Made by a program: the position numbers and the translations under genes
NCBI GenBank assembly: GCA_040389205.1
Contig: JAZKAL010000010.1
Location: forward strand, 99,697-163,696
From: Bacteroidota bacterium
Lineage (GTDB): Bacteria > Bacteroidota > Bacteroidia > Sphingobacteriales > Sphingobacteriaceae
Length of the DNA stretch: 64,000 nt
Direction of reading: 5' to 3'
Shown here: positions 47,144 to 57,798 of the stretch, one piece after another
How positions within the stretch are numbered: the first letter of the stretch is position 1
How the letters are laid out: every line of letters begins with the position of its first letter
Notes under the pieces: generated by a model
Databases searched by the model: none
The model's input: the letters and a program-made list of their open reading frames with translations, nothing else
What the model was told of the DNA's origin: nothing

Positions 47144-47268
47144 AATTCCCTCCCTCGGGAGGGTTAGGGAGGGGTTTCTACGCTTTGTTACCGCGCTTAT
47201 TTAAACGCGCCGAGAAACCCCTCCCTGCCAATGCCCAAGCCAACGCGCCCCTTCCCGGGGAGGGAATT
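47144..47268. repeat. CCCTCCC-type composite palindrome
   Basis: Termini aattccctccc / gggagggaatt; internal IR agggaggggtttct / agaaacccctccct; terminal sub-hairpins. Confidence 0.8.
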
Positions 47269-47285
47269 GTAAATACGGGCCAACA

Positions 47286-47315
47286 ATAAAGGCTGATGTT
47301 AACATCAGCCTTTAT
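47286..47315. terminator. Perfect 30-bp palindrome / terminator
   Basis: ataaaggctgatgtt|aacatcagcctttat. Confidence 0.7.
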
Positions 47316-47325
47316 CAAAGTTTAA

Positions 47326-48537
47326 TTATTTCTTCGCTATCCTGTAAAGCTTCCCGCTATCGGTTAAGCCATACAAGGCACCATCTTTACCGGTTACCAG
47401 GGCGCGCCAGCGTTCGTTCTTATCCTTTAGTAAACGCTCCTCGCCAACTACTTTATTAGCACGGATAACCAGCCTGGCAATATGCTGCCCGCTTAAGCCG
47501 CCAACAAACAGGTTGTTCTTCCACTCGGCGATGTTGCCGGTATAAAAGGTTATGCCACCCGGAGATATGGTTGGGTCCCAATAGTAAATGGGCTGGGTTA
47601 CGCCTTCTTTTTGCTGTATGCCGTCGCCTACCTTTTCGCCGCTATATTCTATCCCGTAGGTAACCACCGGCCATCCAAAGTTACGGCCGGGTTTTATAAT
47701 GTTGATCTCGTCTCCGCCACGTGGTCCAAATTCAGCTTCCCAAAGCTCACCTGTCGCGGGGTTCCAGGCAAGCCCGTCGGGGTTGCGGATGCCGTATGCA
47801 TAAACCTCGGGCAGGGCGTTGGCTTTACCCGCAAATGGCCCGCCTGCAACGGCCTTACCGGCTTTAGTGATGTGGATGATCTTACCTATGCCCGCACTAA
47901 GATCCTGCGCCTTCATACGGATGTCGTTGCCGCTGCGTTCGCCGGTGCTGATGAACAAGTTGCCGGCCTTATCAAACACGATGCGGCAGCCATATTGTAA
48001 AGTTCCTTTATAAGCGGGTGTGGCACGATAGATCACTTCTACATTCTCTACCTTGCTTTCATCGGCCGAGAGCTTCCCTTTGGCAATAGCCAGTAACGAT
48101 CCACCTTCTGCTTGCTCGGCATAGCCCCAATAGATCATACGGTTTGTGCGGAATGCAGGGTCGATAGTTACATCAAGCAATCCGCCCTGCCCCTTAAACA
48201 CTATTGCAGGCAGGCCTGCAATTTGTTTATCAAATTCGCCGCCGGCTTTTAATATGCGCATGGTGCCACCCTTTTCGGTCACCAAAAAGCGGCCATCGGG
48301 TAATACATGAATGCCCCATGGGTTTTTAAGCGTGCTGTTGATAACCGTTGCTGTGTAAGGGGTTTTTGTTTTTATACCGCCAATACGCGTTTGCCCGCGA
48401 AATGCAGGTTTGTAATTGGTATTAGGGTTTTGAGTTTCTACCGGCGCAAGCGTGGTGTCGCGGGTTTCTGCATAACCTGCCGAGACCATCGCAGATAGGC
48501 CCATCAGCAATAGAGCTTTTTTATAATACATCATCAT
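47326..48537 (-). CDS. PQQ-dependent sugar dehydrogenase (glucose/sorbosone dehydrogenase family), exported
   Basis: Signal peptide, PWGI, GQGGLLDV, YGIRNPDGL, EFGPRGGDEIN, NFGWP, beta-propeller pattern. Confidence 0.9.
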   Translation of the reverse strand: MMMYYKKALLLMGLSAMVSAGYAETRDTTLAPVETQNPNTNYKPAFRGQTRIGGIKTKTPYTATVINSTLKNPWGIHVLPDGRFLVTEKGGTMRILKAGGEFDKQIAGLPAIVFKGQGGLLDVTIDPAFRTNRMIYWGYAEQAEGGSLLAIAKGKLSADESKVENVEVIYRATPAYKGTLQYGCRIVFDKAGNLFISTGERSGNDIRMKAQDLSAGIGKIIHITKAGKAVAGGPFAGKANALPEVYAYGIRNPDGLAWNPATGELWEAEFGPRGGDEINIIKPGRNFGWPVVTYGIEYSGEKVGDGIQQKEGVTQPIYYWDPTISPGGITFYTGNIAEWKNNLFVGGLSGQHIARLVIRANKVVGEERLLKDKNERWRALVTGKDGALYGLTDSGKLYRIAKK

Positions 48538-48790
48538 AATTTTTGTTGTATATAATTACCATTTAGCCTTGTTTTAGTTTGAATGGCATGCTTAAGTAAC
48601 ACATATAATACCTGTTAGGGGTAAAGGCACTGCAATATATAAAATCATTTGATAGATGGGTGCGGCAAACAAAAGTTGCGGCCACTTTGTATTAACACAA
48701 TATTATCACAATTTAAAAGCAAGTACAAAATTAGAGCCCCTTAGCCCCTCCTTATAGTATGCTTTTTGTAACATTGCACAAAGTTTAAGA

Positions 48791-49765
48791 TTGACAGCCG
48801 CAGCCAAAAAAATATTCTCGTACCTCATTAAAGCAACCATACTTGTTTTAGCATTCTTGTTTATATACAACAAGTTTTTGGGCAAGAATGATAGCCTTAA
48901 ACAGTTTGAGGAGCTTGTATCTGTTATTAACCGTAATCAGGTTATCTACACCATTGCCGGTGTTGTATTATTAATGATCATCAACTGGTTTTTAGAAAGT
49001 TTAAAGTGGCAATACCTGGCTAAAAAGCTAAAAAGTATATCTATTTGGGTGGCTATTGAAGCGGTGTTTTGCGGACTAACCTGGGCTATTTTTACCCCTA
49101 ACCGTATTGGTGAATACGGCGGCCGGGTAATGTTCCTCCCTAATCGTAAACGCATACATGGTGTGTTTGCCATGGCCGTTGGTGCCTTCGCTCAAAATGT
49201 AATAACTAACGTAGTTGGGGTAACCGCTTCGCTATGGTTTGTTTACTATTTTTTAGATATCAATATATGGCTTTACGTGGCGCTTTTGGGGCTATCTGCG
49301 GTGTTTTTAGGCCTGTTTTTGGTTTTTTACTTTAACATAAACTGGCTGGTTGGCTTGCTCGACAGGATCAAATTCCTGAAAAAGTATCATCGTTTTTTTG
49401 AGATCATGGGCCGGTACAATTTAAACGAACTTTTGGTTGTAATTAGTTACAGCCTTGCCCGGTTCGTTGTATTCTCGTTCCAGTACTATTTAATAATCCA
49501 TTTGCTGTTGCCCAATATCCCCTTTGTAGAAATGATGCTAACCGTATTTGTATTCTTGTTTATCCAGTCGGCCATGCCTTCGCTTGATCTTTTAGACATT
49601 GGCGTACGCAGTTTTACAGCAATGCACCTGTTTTTATACATAACCAACCAGCAAATAGCTATAATTGCAGCGGTATCGTGTATCTGGTTAATAAACCTTA
49701 TCATCCCTGCCGTTATAGGTTCAGTATTTGTTTTTAAAATGAAATTCTTTGATCGCACTGTATAG
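48791..49765 (+). CDS. Lysylphosphatidylglycerol synthase TM-domain (flippase-like) protein
   Basis: NWFLESLKWQ, FTPNRIGEYGGRV, multiple TM segments, INLIIPA; overlaps the GT2 gene. Confidence 0.82.
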   Translation: MTAAAKKIFSYLIKATILVLAFLFIYNKFLGKNDSLKQFEELVSVINRNQVIYTIAGVVLLMIINWFLESLKWQYLAKKLKSISIWVAIEAVFCGLTWAIFTPNRIGEYGGRVMFLPNRKRIHGVFAMAVGAFAQNVITNVVGVTASLWFVYYFLDINIWLYVALLGLSAVFLGLFLVFYFNINWLVGLLDRIKFLKKYHRFFEIMGRYNLNELLVVISYSLARFVVFSFQYYLIIHLLLPNIPFVEMMLTVFVFLFIQSAMPSLDLLDIGVRSFTAMHLFLYITNQQIAIIAAVSCIWLINLIIPAVIGSVFVFKMKFFDRTV

Positions 49766-50879
49766 TATTATTGCTTTATTACTAACCGGTTTATACCTTT
49801 TAGTTGTCGCTTATCTTATAAAAGGTTGGGCGGCGTTAAAACGCCCGGCAATCAACACCTCCGGTTTTACCACCAAAGTAACCATCCTTATTGCCGCGCG
49901 TAACGAAGCCGAGCGAATTAGCTACACCATCGACGATATTATAGCCCAGGATTACCCTAAACACTTAACCGAAATAATTATTGTAGATGACCACTCTACC
50001 GATAATACCGCAGATATTATACGCAGCTATGCCAACCATGGCATTAAGCTTTTACAATTAAACGAAGATAAACCGCTTAATTCATATAAGAAGAAGGCTA
50101 TTGCCGAGGCCATCGCCCTGTCTAACGGCGAGTTAATGGTTTGTACCGATGCCGATTGCCGCATGGGTACTAAGTGGTTGTCATCTATAGTTGGTTATTA
50201 CGAAACCTATCAGCCGGTTATGATCTCGTCGCCGGTAACATACTTCGAAGAAAAAAGCCTGTTCGAACGCCTGCAAACGCTGGAGTTCTCGTACCTGATA
50301 GGGATTGGCGCGGCATTTATTGGCAATGGCCGCGCATCAACCTGTAACGGTGCCAATTTTGCTTACCGCAAAGATATTTTTTACGAGGTTGGAGGGTTTA
50401 AGGGTATAGATGACCTTGCATCGGGCGATGACGAATTGCTGCTGCAGAAGGTAGCCGAGGTATATCCGCACCAGATAGGTTTTTTTAAAAACCGGGATGC
50501 CGTTGTATTTACCCATGCCAAACACACCTTGCAAGAGTTTTTACAGCAAAGGCGAAGGTGGGCATCAAAATCAACCCGTTATAAAGATAAAAAGGTAGTG
50601 GCGCTGGCAGTTTGTATCTGGCTTTTTAACCTGTCGCTTTTGGTGAACGGATTATTGGGTTTTTATAGCCTGGTATACCTCAGGCTTTTTTTAGTGCAAT
50701 TCCTTTTAAAATACATTATAGAGGTAGCCTTTTTGTTACCAATAACCGCTTTTTTTAAGCGGATAAATTTGGTTAGCCTGCTTATTATACTCGGGCCCAT
50801 TCACATTATATACTTTGTATATGTAGGCCTTATTGGCAATACGCGCAAATATGCATGGAAGGGCCGCATCGTTAAATAG
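49749..50879 (+). CDS. Glycosyltransferase family 2 (processive, membrane-bound type)
   Basis: IAARNE, VDDHSTD, TDADC, GDDELL, QRRRW motif, C-terminal TM segments. Confidence 0.93.
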   Translation: MIALYSIIALLLTGLYLLVVAYLIKGWAALKRPAINTSGFTTKVTILIAARNEAERISYTIDDIIAQDYPKHLTEIIIVDDHSTDNTADIIRSYANHGIKLLQLNEDKPLNSYKKKAIAEAIALSNGELMVCTDADCRMGTKWLSSIVGYYETYQPVMISSPVTYFEEKSLFERLQTLEFSYLIGIGAAFIGNGRASTCNGANFAYRKDIFYEVGGFKGIDDLASGDDELLLQKVAEVYPHQIGFFKNRDAVVFTHAKHTLQEFLQQRRRWASKSTRYKDKKVVALAVCIWLFNLSLLVNGLLGFYSLVYLRLFLVQFLLKYIIEVAFLLPITAFFKRINLVSLLIILGPIHIIYFVYVGLIGNTRKYAWKGRIVK

Positions 50880-50961
50880 CGCCATTCTTTTTCCAATAGA
50901 CTAAAAAAACCTCATTACATCTGTTTAAAAAGGAATATTTCGCTATTTTAGGCTGCCTAAA

Positions 50962-52206
50962 GTGATAATGCAAAATAACAACGATAGTTCTGGCGAAGAT
51001 GAATTGATCAGGCTGCTACTAAAGAGGCAGTCGGAATTGAACTCCCTTTTGGAAGTAACCAGGGCTATAAACAAGAACACCCCAACCCCAACATTAATAC
51101 AGATGCTGGAGGTGATCCTCAAAAACTATCTACAAATAGGAAAATTCCGCTTCCTGGTAGAAAAGGAGGGTGCCTATAGTTGCATATCTAAATATGGCGG
51201 CGATATAGAAACCGCCGTTACGCTTAACCATACGTGGGTGCATTTGAGTAAGATAAAGGCGCCCGCCGAGCTTACCAGCCATAGCAATGTGATATTATGT
51301 AAATACGATTATTTTATACCCATATACCACAAAAATAAAGCGCTTGCCTTTGCCCTGATAGGTGATTTTAATACCTCGGGCGATATGTTAAATAATGACC
51401 TGAACTTTATACAGACGTTAATTAACGTTATTGTGGTGGCGTTAGAGAACAAAAAGCTTTTCCGAGAGCGCCTGCAGGCCGAACGTTTTCAGCGCGAAAT
51501 GGAACTTGCGGTAGAAGTACAGAACATGCTGATCCCGCTTAGGGAGCACAAAGAAGCTAGTGTTGAAGTGGGGGCCCGTTACCTGCCGCACCAGGATATT
51601 GGCGGCGATTACTTCGATTTTTTCCGCATTAACGAAGCCGAGTTTTTTTGGTGTATTGCTGATGTGTCCGGCAAAGGTATTTCGGCGGCATTATTAATGG
51701 CCAACTTCCAGGCAAGCCTGCATGGTTTGGCCGCAATTGAGGAAGACCTTACTACGGTGGTTGAACGGTTAAATAAGATCGTGATCCGTAATACCAAAGG
51801 AGAGCGTTTTATTACGTTGTTTTTAGCCAAGTATAACGAGCGTACCCGTAAGCTTAATTACATTAATGCGGGCCATAACGCAACCATCTTATACTCCGAC
51901 GGAGAAGTTATACCTTTAAAATTGGGCACCACCATGATCGGGGCCTTTGATGAACTGCCTTTTTTGAATGAGGGGGAGATAGACCTTGAACCCGGTAGTT
52001 TGCTGTTTAACTATACCGACGGATTAATGGATTATGAATCGCAAAATTCAAAGGTGTGGGGAGAAGAAAAGCTGCTTGAGTTTGTTATAGCCAACGGCGA
52101 ACTTAACCCCGATGAATTTAATGAAACCCTAATGAAACACATTGGCCAGGTGGTAAAAGGCAAACCAATTGATGATATAACGCTGTTAACGCTAAGGATA
52201 TCGTAA
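50962..52206 (+). CDS. PP2C / SpoIIE (RsbU-like) serine phosphatase with N-terminal GAF-like region
   Basis: IGGDYFD, IADVSGKG, INAGH, YTDG, DDITLL. Confidence 0.92.
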   Translation: MIMQNNNDSSGEDELIRLLLKRQSELNSLLEVTRAINKNTPTPTLIQMLEVILKNYLQIGKFRFLVEKEGAYSCISKYGGDIETAVTLNHTWVHLSKIKAPAELTSHSNVILCKYDYFIPIYHKNKALAFALIGDFNTSGDMLNNDLNFIQTLINVIVVALENKKLFRERLQAERFQREMELAVEVQNMLIPLREHKEASVEVGARYLPHQDIGGDYFDFFRINEAEFFWCIADVSGKGISAALLMANFQASLHGLAAIEEDLTTVVERLNKIVIRNTKGERFITLFLAKYNERTRKLNYINAGHNATILYSDGEVIPLKLGTTMIGAFDELPFLNEGEIDLEPGSLLFNYTDGLMDYESQNSKVWGEEKLLEFVIANGELNPDEFNETLMKHIGQVVKGKPIDDITLLTLRIS

Positions 52207-52243
52207 GAACTGTTAAAAGATTTGGGTTTGAGTGTTCATACAA

Positions 52244-53266
52244 TTACTTGTACTCCACTTCCACATCATCCGTTAACGCGTGGCCGGTGCAGGTTAGGAT
52301 CCAGCCCTTGGCGATGTCGTCTTCTGTGAGCACTTCGTTTTTGGCCATTTCTACCTTACCGCTTTTGCAGAACGCCACACATGCCGAGCATATGCCGCTG
52401 CGGCAGCTGTAGGGTAGCTTTATATTGTTTTGCAGCGCGGCTTGTAGTATGGATTGATTTTCGCCTGCTACCAGGTCGTGTACTTCCCCCTCATAATTTA
52501 TACGGATGTATTTTGGCGGATAATTGGTTTGGCTGCCAGTAACGGGCACGGTTTCCAGCACAAAGTTTTCTTTATGTATCTGCTGCGCTTGGATGCCCAT
52601 GTACATTAGCGTAAGCCTTATCATGCGCATGTATACAAACGGGCCGCACAGGTAAAAATCAGCTTTGACTTTATCGAAGTTTAATTGCTCCTTAACCAAT
52701 TGCTCCACCCTTATGTTGGTGAGGCGGTTAGCCCGGCTGCTTAATAAATGCGTAATGTTAAACCTATCCGGGTAAGTCGAGAGCAGTTCATTTAGTTCGT
52801 TATTAAACAAAATACTTTGCTCGTTTTGGCTGCTGTAAATAAGGTGCAGTTTACTTTTGTCAGGGCGGTTAAGTACATATTTTATCTGCGAAAATATAGG
52901 GGTAATGCCACTCCCCGCCGCAAAAAATACAAGGTCTTTCTCTTCTTCGTATTCTTTAACGGTGAATACCCCGGCAGGTTCTACCACATTCAATACATCG
53001 CCTACATTAACTTTTGTGAGCAGGAAACGCGAGATCTCGCCATTGGAAATACGCTTTACAGTTATGGCTAGCCGCTCATCATCGGGAGATGAACTTAACG
53101 AGTACGACCGCCTGATTTCCTGGTTATGGTGGTTAAATACCAGGGTAATAAACTGCCCCGCTTTGTATGCCGGGTTGTAACCAACAGCCTTCACCAAATA
53201 AAAGGTAGCCGTATCGGGCTGTTCCCATTTTATCCCATCAACACGTAATTGCAGTAAGCGCGCCAT
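52244..53266 (-). CDS. Ferredoxin-NAD(P) reductase-type flavoprotein with C-terminal 2Fe-2S ferredoxin (PaaE-like)
   Basis: RRSYSLSS, AAGSGITP, YLCGP, YSCRSGICSAC...C. Confidence 0.92.
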   Translation of the reverse strand: MARLLQLRVDGIKWEQPDTATFYLVKAVGYNPAYKAGQFITLVFNHHNQEIRRSYSLSSSPDDERLAITVKRISNGEISRFLLTKVNVGDVLNVVEPAGVFTVKEYEEEKDLVFFAAGSGITPIFSQIKYVLNRPDKSKLHLIYSSQNEQSILFNNELNELLSTYPDRFNITHLLSSRANRLTNIRVEQLVKEQLNFDKVKADFYLCGPFVYMRMIRLTLMYMGIQAQQIHKENFVLETVPVTGSQTNYPPKYIRINYEGEVHDLVAGENQSILQAALQNNIKLPYSCRSGICSACVAFCKSGKVEMAKNEVLTEDDIAKGWILTCTGHALTDDVEVEYK

Positions 53267-53275
53267 TGATCAAAA

Positions 53276-54730
53276 TTATTCTTTTTTTGCTGCCATCGCT
53301 TTGCGTAACACGCTATTCTTTTTGCCGTAGGTAAAGTAAATTGCTAAACCAATTGCAAGCCATAGTATCAGTCTTAACCAGGTATCACCGGGTAAAAACG
53401 TCATCATGGCAAAGCAGGTTAAAATACCTAATATGGGCACCAAAGGTACCAGCGGTGTTTTAAACGGCCTGTGTACATTGGGTTGCTGTTTGCGCAATAT
53501 AAGTACCCCGGCGCATACCATCACAAAAGCAAGTAACGTACCAATGCTGGTCATTTCGCCAACAACCCGTATAGGTACAAAGGCCGCGAATATAGATATG
53601 AACGCGCAAAGCAGCATGTTTGATTTCCACGGCGTGCGAAATTTATGATGTACTTCTGAAAATACCTTGGGCAGCAAACCATCTTTTGACATGGAGAAGA
53701 ACACCCGCGACTGGCCTAAAAGGTCAACCAATATCACCGATGTATAACCTATCAATATCGCCAGTACAATCGCTTTGCTTAACCACTGGTAATGCGTTTT
53801 TTCGATAGCGATGGCAACCGGCGCGCCGGAGCCGATAAATTCTTTGTAATTTGCCATACCCGTCATTACATGAGCGAAGATCACAAACAGGATGGTACAT
53901 ACCACCAGCGAACCGATGATACCGATAGGCATATTGCGCTGCGGGTTCTTTGCTTCCTGCGCGGCTGTAGATACCGCATCAAAGCCAATGAATACGAAGA
54001 ATACCAGGCCGGCACCTCTAAGTATCCCCGACCAGCCATAATCGCCCCAAACGCCTGTGTTTTGCGGAATGTAAGGATGATAGTTTGCCGGGTTGATGAA
54101 AGACCAGCCCACCGCTATAAATACCAGCACTACACCAACTTTTAAGCTCACAATAATTGCGTTGATAAGCGCCGAGCCTTTTGTGCCACGGATGATGATA
54201 CTGGTAACCAATACCACAATAAGCGCCGCAGGCAGGTTAATAATACCGCGTACCACATCGCCGTTGGCGGCTTTAGAGGTTTCGAACGGCGACAGGATAA
54301 GCTGCGGGGGTAGATAAAGATCGAACCACGACAAAAACTTGGTAAGGTACTGCGACCAGCTGATGGCCACAGTTGCCGCGCCAACGGCGTACTCAAGCAT
54401 CAGGTCCCAACCGATGATCCAGGCAAAAAGCTCGCCCATGGTGGCGTATGAATAAGTGTAGGCGCTGCCCGCTACAGGTATCATGGCCGAGAACTCGGCA
54501 TAACATAGCGCGGCAAATGTACAGCCCAACGCGGCTATTAAAAACGATATGGTAACCGCAGGCCCCGAGTGCTGGCCCGCGGCGATACCGGTTAACGAGA
54601 ACAGGCCCGCGCCAATAATAATGCCTATCCCGATTAGGATAAGGTTAATTGGGCCAAGCGAGCGTTTAAGTGAATTTTCTCCTACTTCTTCCGATTCTTT
54701 GAGGAGAAGTTCGATGGGTTTTTTGATCAT
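53276..54730 (-). CDS. Amino acid permease (APC/CAT family)
   Basis: GIIIGAG, CYAEFSAMIPVAGSAYTY, FIGFD, EAKNPQRN, QSRVFFSMSKDGLLP, about 12 TM segments. Confidence 0.95.
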   Translation of the reverse strand: MIKKPIELLLKESEEVGENSLKRSLGPINLILIGIGIIIGAGLFSLTGIAAGQHSGPAVTISFLIAALGCTFAALCYAEFSAMIPVAGSAYTYSYATMGELFAWIIGWDLMLEYAVGAATVAISWSQYLTKFLSWFDLYLPPQLILSPFETSKAANGDVVRGIINLPAALIVVLVTSIIIRGTKGSALINAIIVSLKVGVVLVFIAVGWSFINPANYHPYIPQNTGVWGDYGWSGILRGAGLVFFVFIGFDAVSTAAQEAKNPQRNMPIGIIGSLVVCTILFVIFAHVMTGMANYKEFIGSGAPVAIAIEKTHYQWLSKAIVLAILIGYTSVILVDLLGQSRVFFSMSKDGLLPKVFSEVHHKFRTPWKSNMLLCAFISIFAAFVPIRVVGEMTSIGTLLAFVMVCAGVLILRKQQPNVHRPFKTPLVPLVPILGILTCFAMMTFLPGDTWLRLILWLAIGLAIYFTYGKKNSVLRKAMAAKKE

Positions 54731-54824
54731 GCTACAATAAAGTCCACAAAATTAGTAGATAATTGTTTAAAGCCTAATTAATAGTGGGGTGGTTGTAAAA
54801 CTTGAGGCCAATATGACTAAAAAG

Positions 54825-54856
54825 AAAAGGCCCCCGATGCGTCGGGGGCCTTTTTC
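54825..54856 (-). terminator. Intrinsic terminator downstream of the ompA-family gene
   Basis: aaaaggcccccga-tgcg-tcgggggcctttt. Confidence 0.85.
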
Positions 54857-54883
54857 CTGATTAACTATTAACTTGTCTTAGTA

Positions 54884-55564
54884 TTAATTAGTGGCTTGTT
54901 TAGCCTGGTTTTTCATGGCCTCGTTTGCTACAATAACGATCTCTACCCTACGGTTTTGTGCACGACCATCAACGGTGTTGTTATCACCAATTGGTTCGCT
55001 TTCGCCTTTACCGCTTGTGGTTAAACGTGAGTTAGCTACGTTATTTGCCGCGATATAAGATTTTACAGATTCGGCACGGCGTACACTTAAGTTTTGGTTA
55101 TACTCGTCGGTACCGGTAGCATCGGTATGGCCTACAATAAGGATGTTGGTTTGCGGGTTGTTTTGTAATGATGTAGCCAGGTTAGCCAGGTTTGTACGTG
55201 CAGCAGGTTTTAACTCTGATGAGTTGGTATCAAACAATATACCTGAGTCAAATTTCACTAAAATACCTTCGCCTTCGCGGGTTACAGTTGCACCCGGTAC
55301 AGTATTTTTAATTTCGGCAGCTTGCTTATCCATATTACGGCCAATAAATGCACCGGCTGTACCACCAACGGCACCACCAATAATTGCACCTAACGCGGTG
55401 TTACCTGCGGCTTTGCCAATAAAAGCACCAATGGTACCACCGGCACCCGCGCCAATTGCGGCACCTTTTTGTGTTTTAGTAAGCGAATCACAGCCCGAAG
55501 CTAATATGCCTAACGAAGCTAATGCTATACTGTACGTAGCGATCTTTATTTTTAGTGTTTTCAT
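54884..55564 (-). CDS. OmpA-family lipoprotein with glycine zipper (YiaD-like)
   Basis: Lipobox ASGC, GAAIGAG repeats, GHTD, NQNLSVRRA, NRRVEI. Confidence 0.93.
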   Translation of the reverse strand: MKTLKIKIATYSIALASLGILASGCDSLTKTQKGAAIGAGAGGTIGAFIGKAAGNTALGAIIGGAVGGTAGAFIGRNMDKQAAEIKNTVPGATVTREGEGILVKFDSGILFDTNSSELKPAARTNLANLATSLQNNPQTNILIVGHTDATGTDEYNQNLSVRRAESVKSYIAANNVANSRLTTSGKGESEPIGDNNTVDGRAQNRRVEIVIVANEAMKNQAKQATN

Positions 55565-55768
55565 TTTAAAATTATGTGTGTATTTAATAGGTTATTTGCA
55601 AAGCAGATGCCAAAAACCAAAACTGCATATTATTACAGCAATCTCCATATTTTGAAAATAAATCTGTACTATAACAACATATTTTTAAGAGTTGAGAAAA
55701 TAACCCCGCAATTAGTATAATAACAAAATAATACGGTATGCAGTGCTGCCTTTTTTTTAGTACAACGT

Positions 55769-57109
55769 TTAGTTGCCCGGCGAATTACCGGTTACTTTTA
55801 TAGGGAATGTTAAGGTAAATGTACTGCCAACTCCCTGCTCGGAGTTCACGGTTATACCAATGTTATGGAAGGTTGCAATAGATTTTACAATTGGTAGCCC
55901 AAGGCCAAAACTATCCTGCGACAGCGACTGCTTCATCTTTTTAAATCTATTAAATATATATGGCATTTCGGTTTCGGGGATACCTATACCGGTATCTGCT
56001 ATGCTAATGGTATAATTGCCTTTAACCCACTGTGCGGTTATGGTTATTTCGCCATTGGGTTTGTTGTATTTAATAGCATTATTAATAAGGTTGAACAGCA
56101 GGTTGAACAGCAGGAATTTGTTTACGCCTACCAATTCTACATCGTCTATTATGGATATAGCCATGGCAATGTTCTTATCCTGTAAACGGATAGAGATCTC
56201 CTCGTTAACATCTTCAATTAATTCCTTTGCCGTTATCTTATCTTCTTTCAGGAACTGGTCGTTCTCTATCTGCGATATCAGCAATAAGGTTTTGGTGATG
56301 CTTTTTAGCCGGTTCAAAATCTTTTGCATCTCCATCAGGCGCAACTTTAGCTCGTCGGCAATATCATCCTGCTCAAACATGTTCTCTATTTTTGATTGCA
56401 GGATAGAAATAGGTGTCATCAGCTCGTGCGATGCATTCGAGATAAACTCGCGCTCTTTCTGGAAAGCCGTCTCTATGGTTTCCACCATCCGGTGGATGCT
56501 AAGATCGAGCTGTTGAAAATCTGCCGTGCTCGTTTTAACCTCTTTATACACTGTAAACTTAGGGAACTTGTTACCAATTAGCTTTGTACGAATAATGATA
56601 CTTAGCGGGCGAAGAATGTATGTAGAAAAGATCTGATCGGCAAGAATGGTCAACAATATCATTCCCAGCAGTATCTGGAACGCGATGTTTTGCAGCGGGC
56701 CGGTTGTTTCGCCAATACTTTCGGTGCTTTTACCTACCTCCAGCAGGTAGTTTCGTTTACCCACTTTAAACGTGTGGCTAAGTATCCTGTAATCAATGGT
56801 ATCGCGTTCTACAAGGCGCTGCTCATCTTTAATGGTATCTAAAAAGTACGATGGATCAACCTCGTCAAGGCTTATGTATTCCTCCTTTAGAGGCAGGTAA
56901 CTACCATAATTTTCACCATCCTCTATATAAAACTTAATGCCATTCTCTTTTACCCGCTCTAAAAACTTGTCCTTTTGTTTTCTCAGTCGGTTATCGGTAT
57001 AGCTTTTATTAATGTTCTCGATAATGTTGGGCAAGAGCAATATAAACAGGGTTACGATAACCAGTTTAGATATCGCATTAAACAGCGTTAATTTGGTCCT
57101 GAGTTTCAA
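55769..57109 (-). CDS. Sensor histidine kinase
   Basis: Two TM segments, ASHELMTP H-box, NLINNAIKY, DTGIG, GLGL. TTG start. Confidence 0.94.
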   Translation of the reverse strand: MKLRTKLTLFNAISKLVIVTLFILLLPNIIENINKSYTDNRLRKQKDKFLERVKENGIKFYIEDGENYGSYLPLKEEYISLDEVDPSYFLDTIKDEQRLVERDTIDYRILSHTFKVGKRNYLLEVGKSTESIGETTGPLQNIAFQILLGMILLTILADQIFSTYILRPLSIIIRTKLIGNKFPKFTVYKEVKTSTADFQQLDLSIHRMVETIETAFQKEREFISNASHELMTPISILQSKIENMFEQDDIADELKLRLMEMQKILNRLKSITKTLLLISQIENDQFLKEDKITAKELIEDVNEEISIRLQDKNIAMAISIIDDVELVGVNKFLLFNLLFNLINNAIKYNKPNGEITITAQWVKGNYTISIADTGIGIPETEMPYIFNRFKKMKQSLSQDSFGLGLPIVKSIATFHNIGITVNSEQGVGSTFTLTFPIKVTGNSPGN

Positions 57110-57113
57110 ATAG

Positions 57114-57797
57114 CTAAACGTTTGTTTTTATGCGGTAACCAAGGCCACGCACGGTTTCCAACCAGTCGGCAGGGGCAAAGGCGCTTAATTTTTTACGGAT
57201 ATTTTTGATGTGGGCGTCAATAAAGTTAGAGTCGTAATCATCGTTAATAAGGCTTCCCCATATATGCTCGCTCAGTTGGGCGCGGGTAAGCGTACGGTTC
57301 TTATGCAGCAGCATATAAGCTATCAGGTCAAATTCCTTTTTGGTAATAGTGTTTACCGGGTTAACATGATACATAATGGTACGGTCGGTAATGTTCACCA
57401 AAAAACCTTCCAGGTCAATTACATTTTGCACTACGCCAAACTTCCTGCGTATAATAGCCTGCATACGGCTTTGCAGCTCCAGTAACGAGAATGGCTTGGC
57501 CAGGTAATCATCGGCGCCAAGGTCAAGGCCTTTAACACGGTCGTTAACCTCGGCACGTGCAGTAAGGATGATGCAGGCAACTTCGGGATTGGCTTTTTTG
57601 GCTTCCTTTAGCAGGTCCAGTCCGTCGTAATCCGGCAGGCCAAGGTCAAGCAATATAAAGTCGTACAGGTTTACGGCCAGCTTCTCTGACGCGGTTGCGC
57701 CGTTATAGCATATCTCGCAGATGTAGTTATTCTTTACCAGGAAAAGTTCCATCTCGTGGGCAAGCGCCTTTTCGTCTTCTACAATAAGTATATTCAT
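57114..57797 (-). CDS. OmpR-family response regulator
   Basis: VEDE, LDLGLPD, GADDYLAKPF, winged helix ending ETVRGLGY. Confidence 0.95.
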   Translation of the reverse strand: MNILIVEDEKALAHEMELFLVKNNYICEICYNGATASEKLAVNLYDFILLDLGLPDYDGLDLLKEAKKANPEVACIILTARAEVNDRVKGLDLGADDYLAKPFSLLELQSRMQAIIRRKFGVVQNVIDLEGFLVNITDRTIMYHVNPVNTITKKEFDLIAYMLLHKNRTLTRAQLSEHIWGSLINDDYDSNFIDAHIKNIRKKLSAFAPADWLETVRGLGYRIKTNV

Positions 57798-57798
57798 T

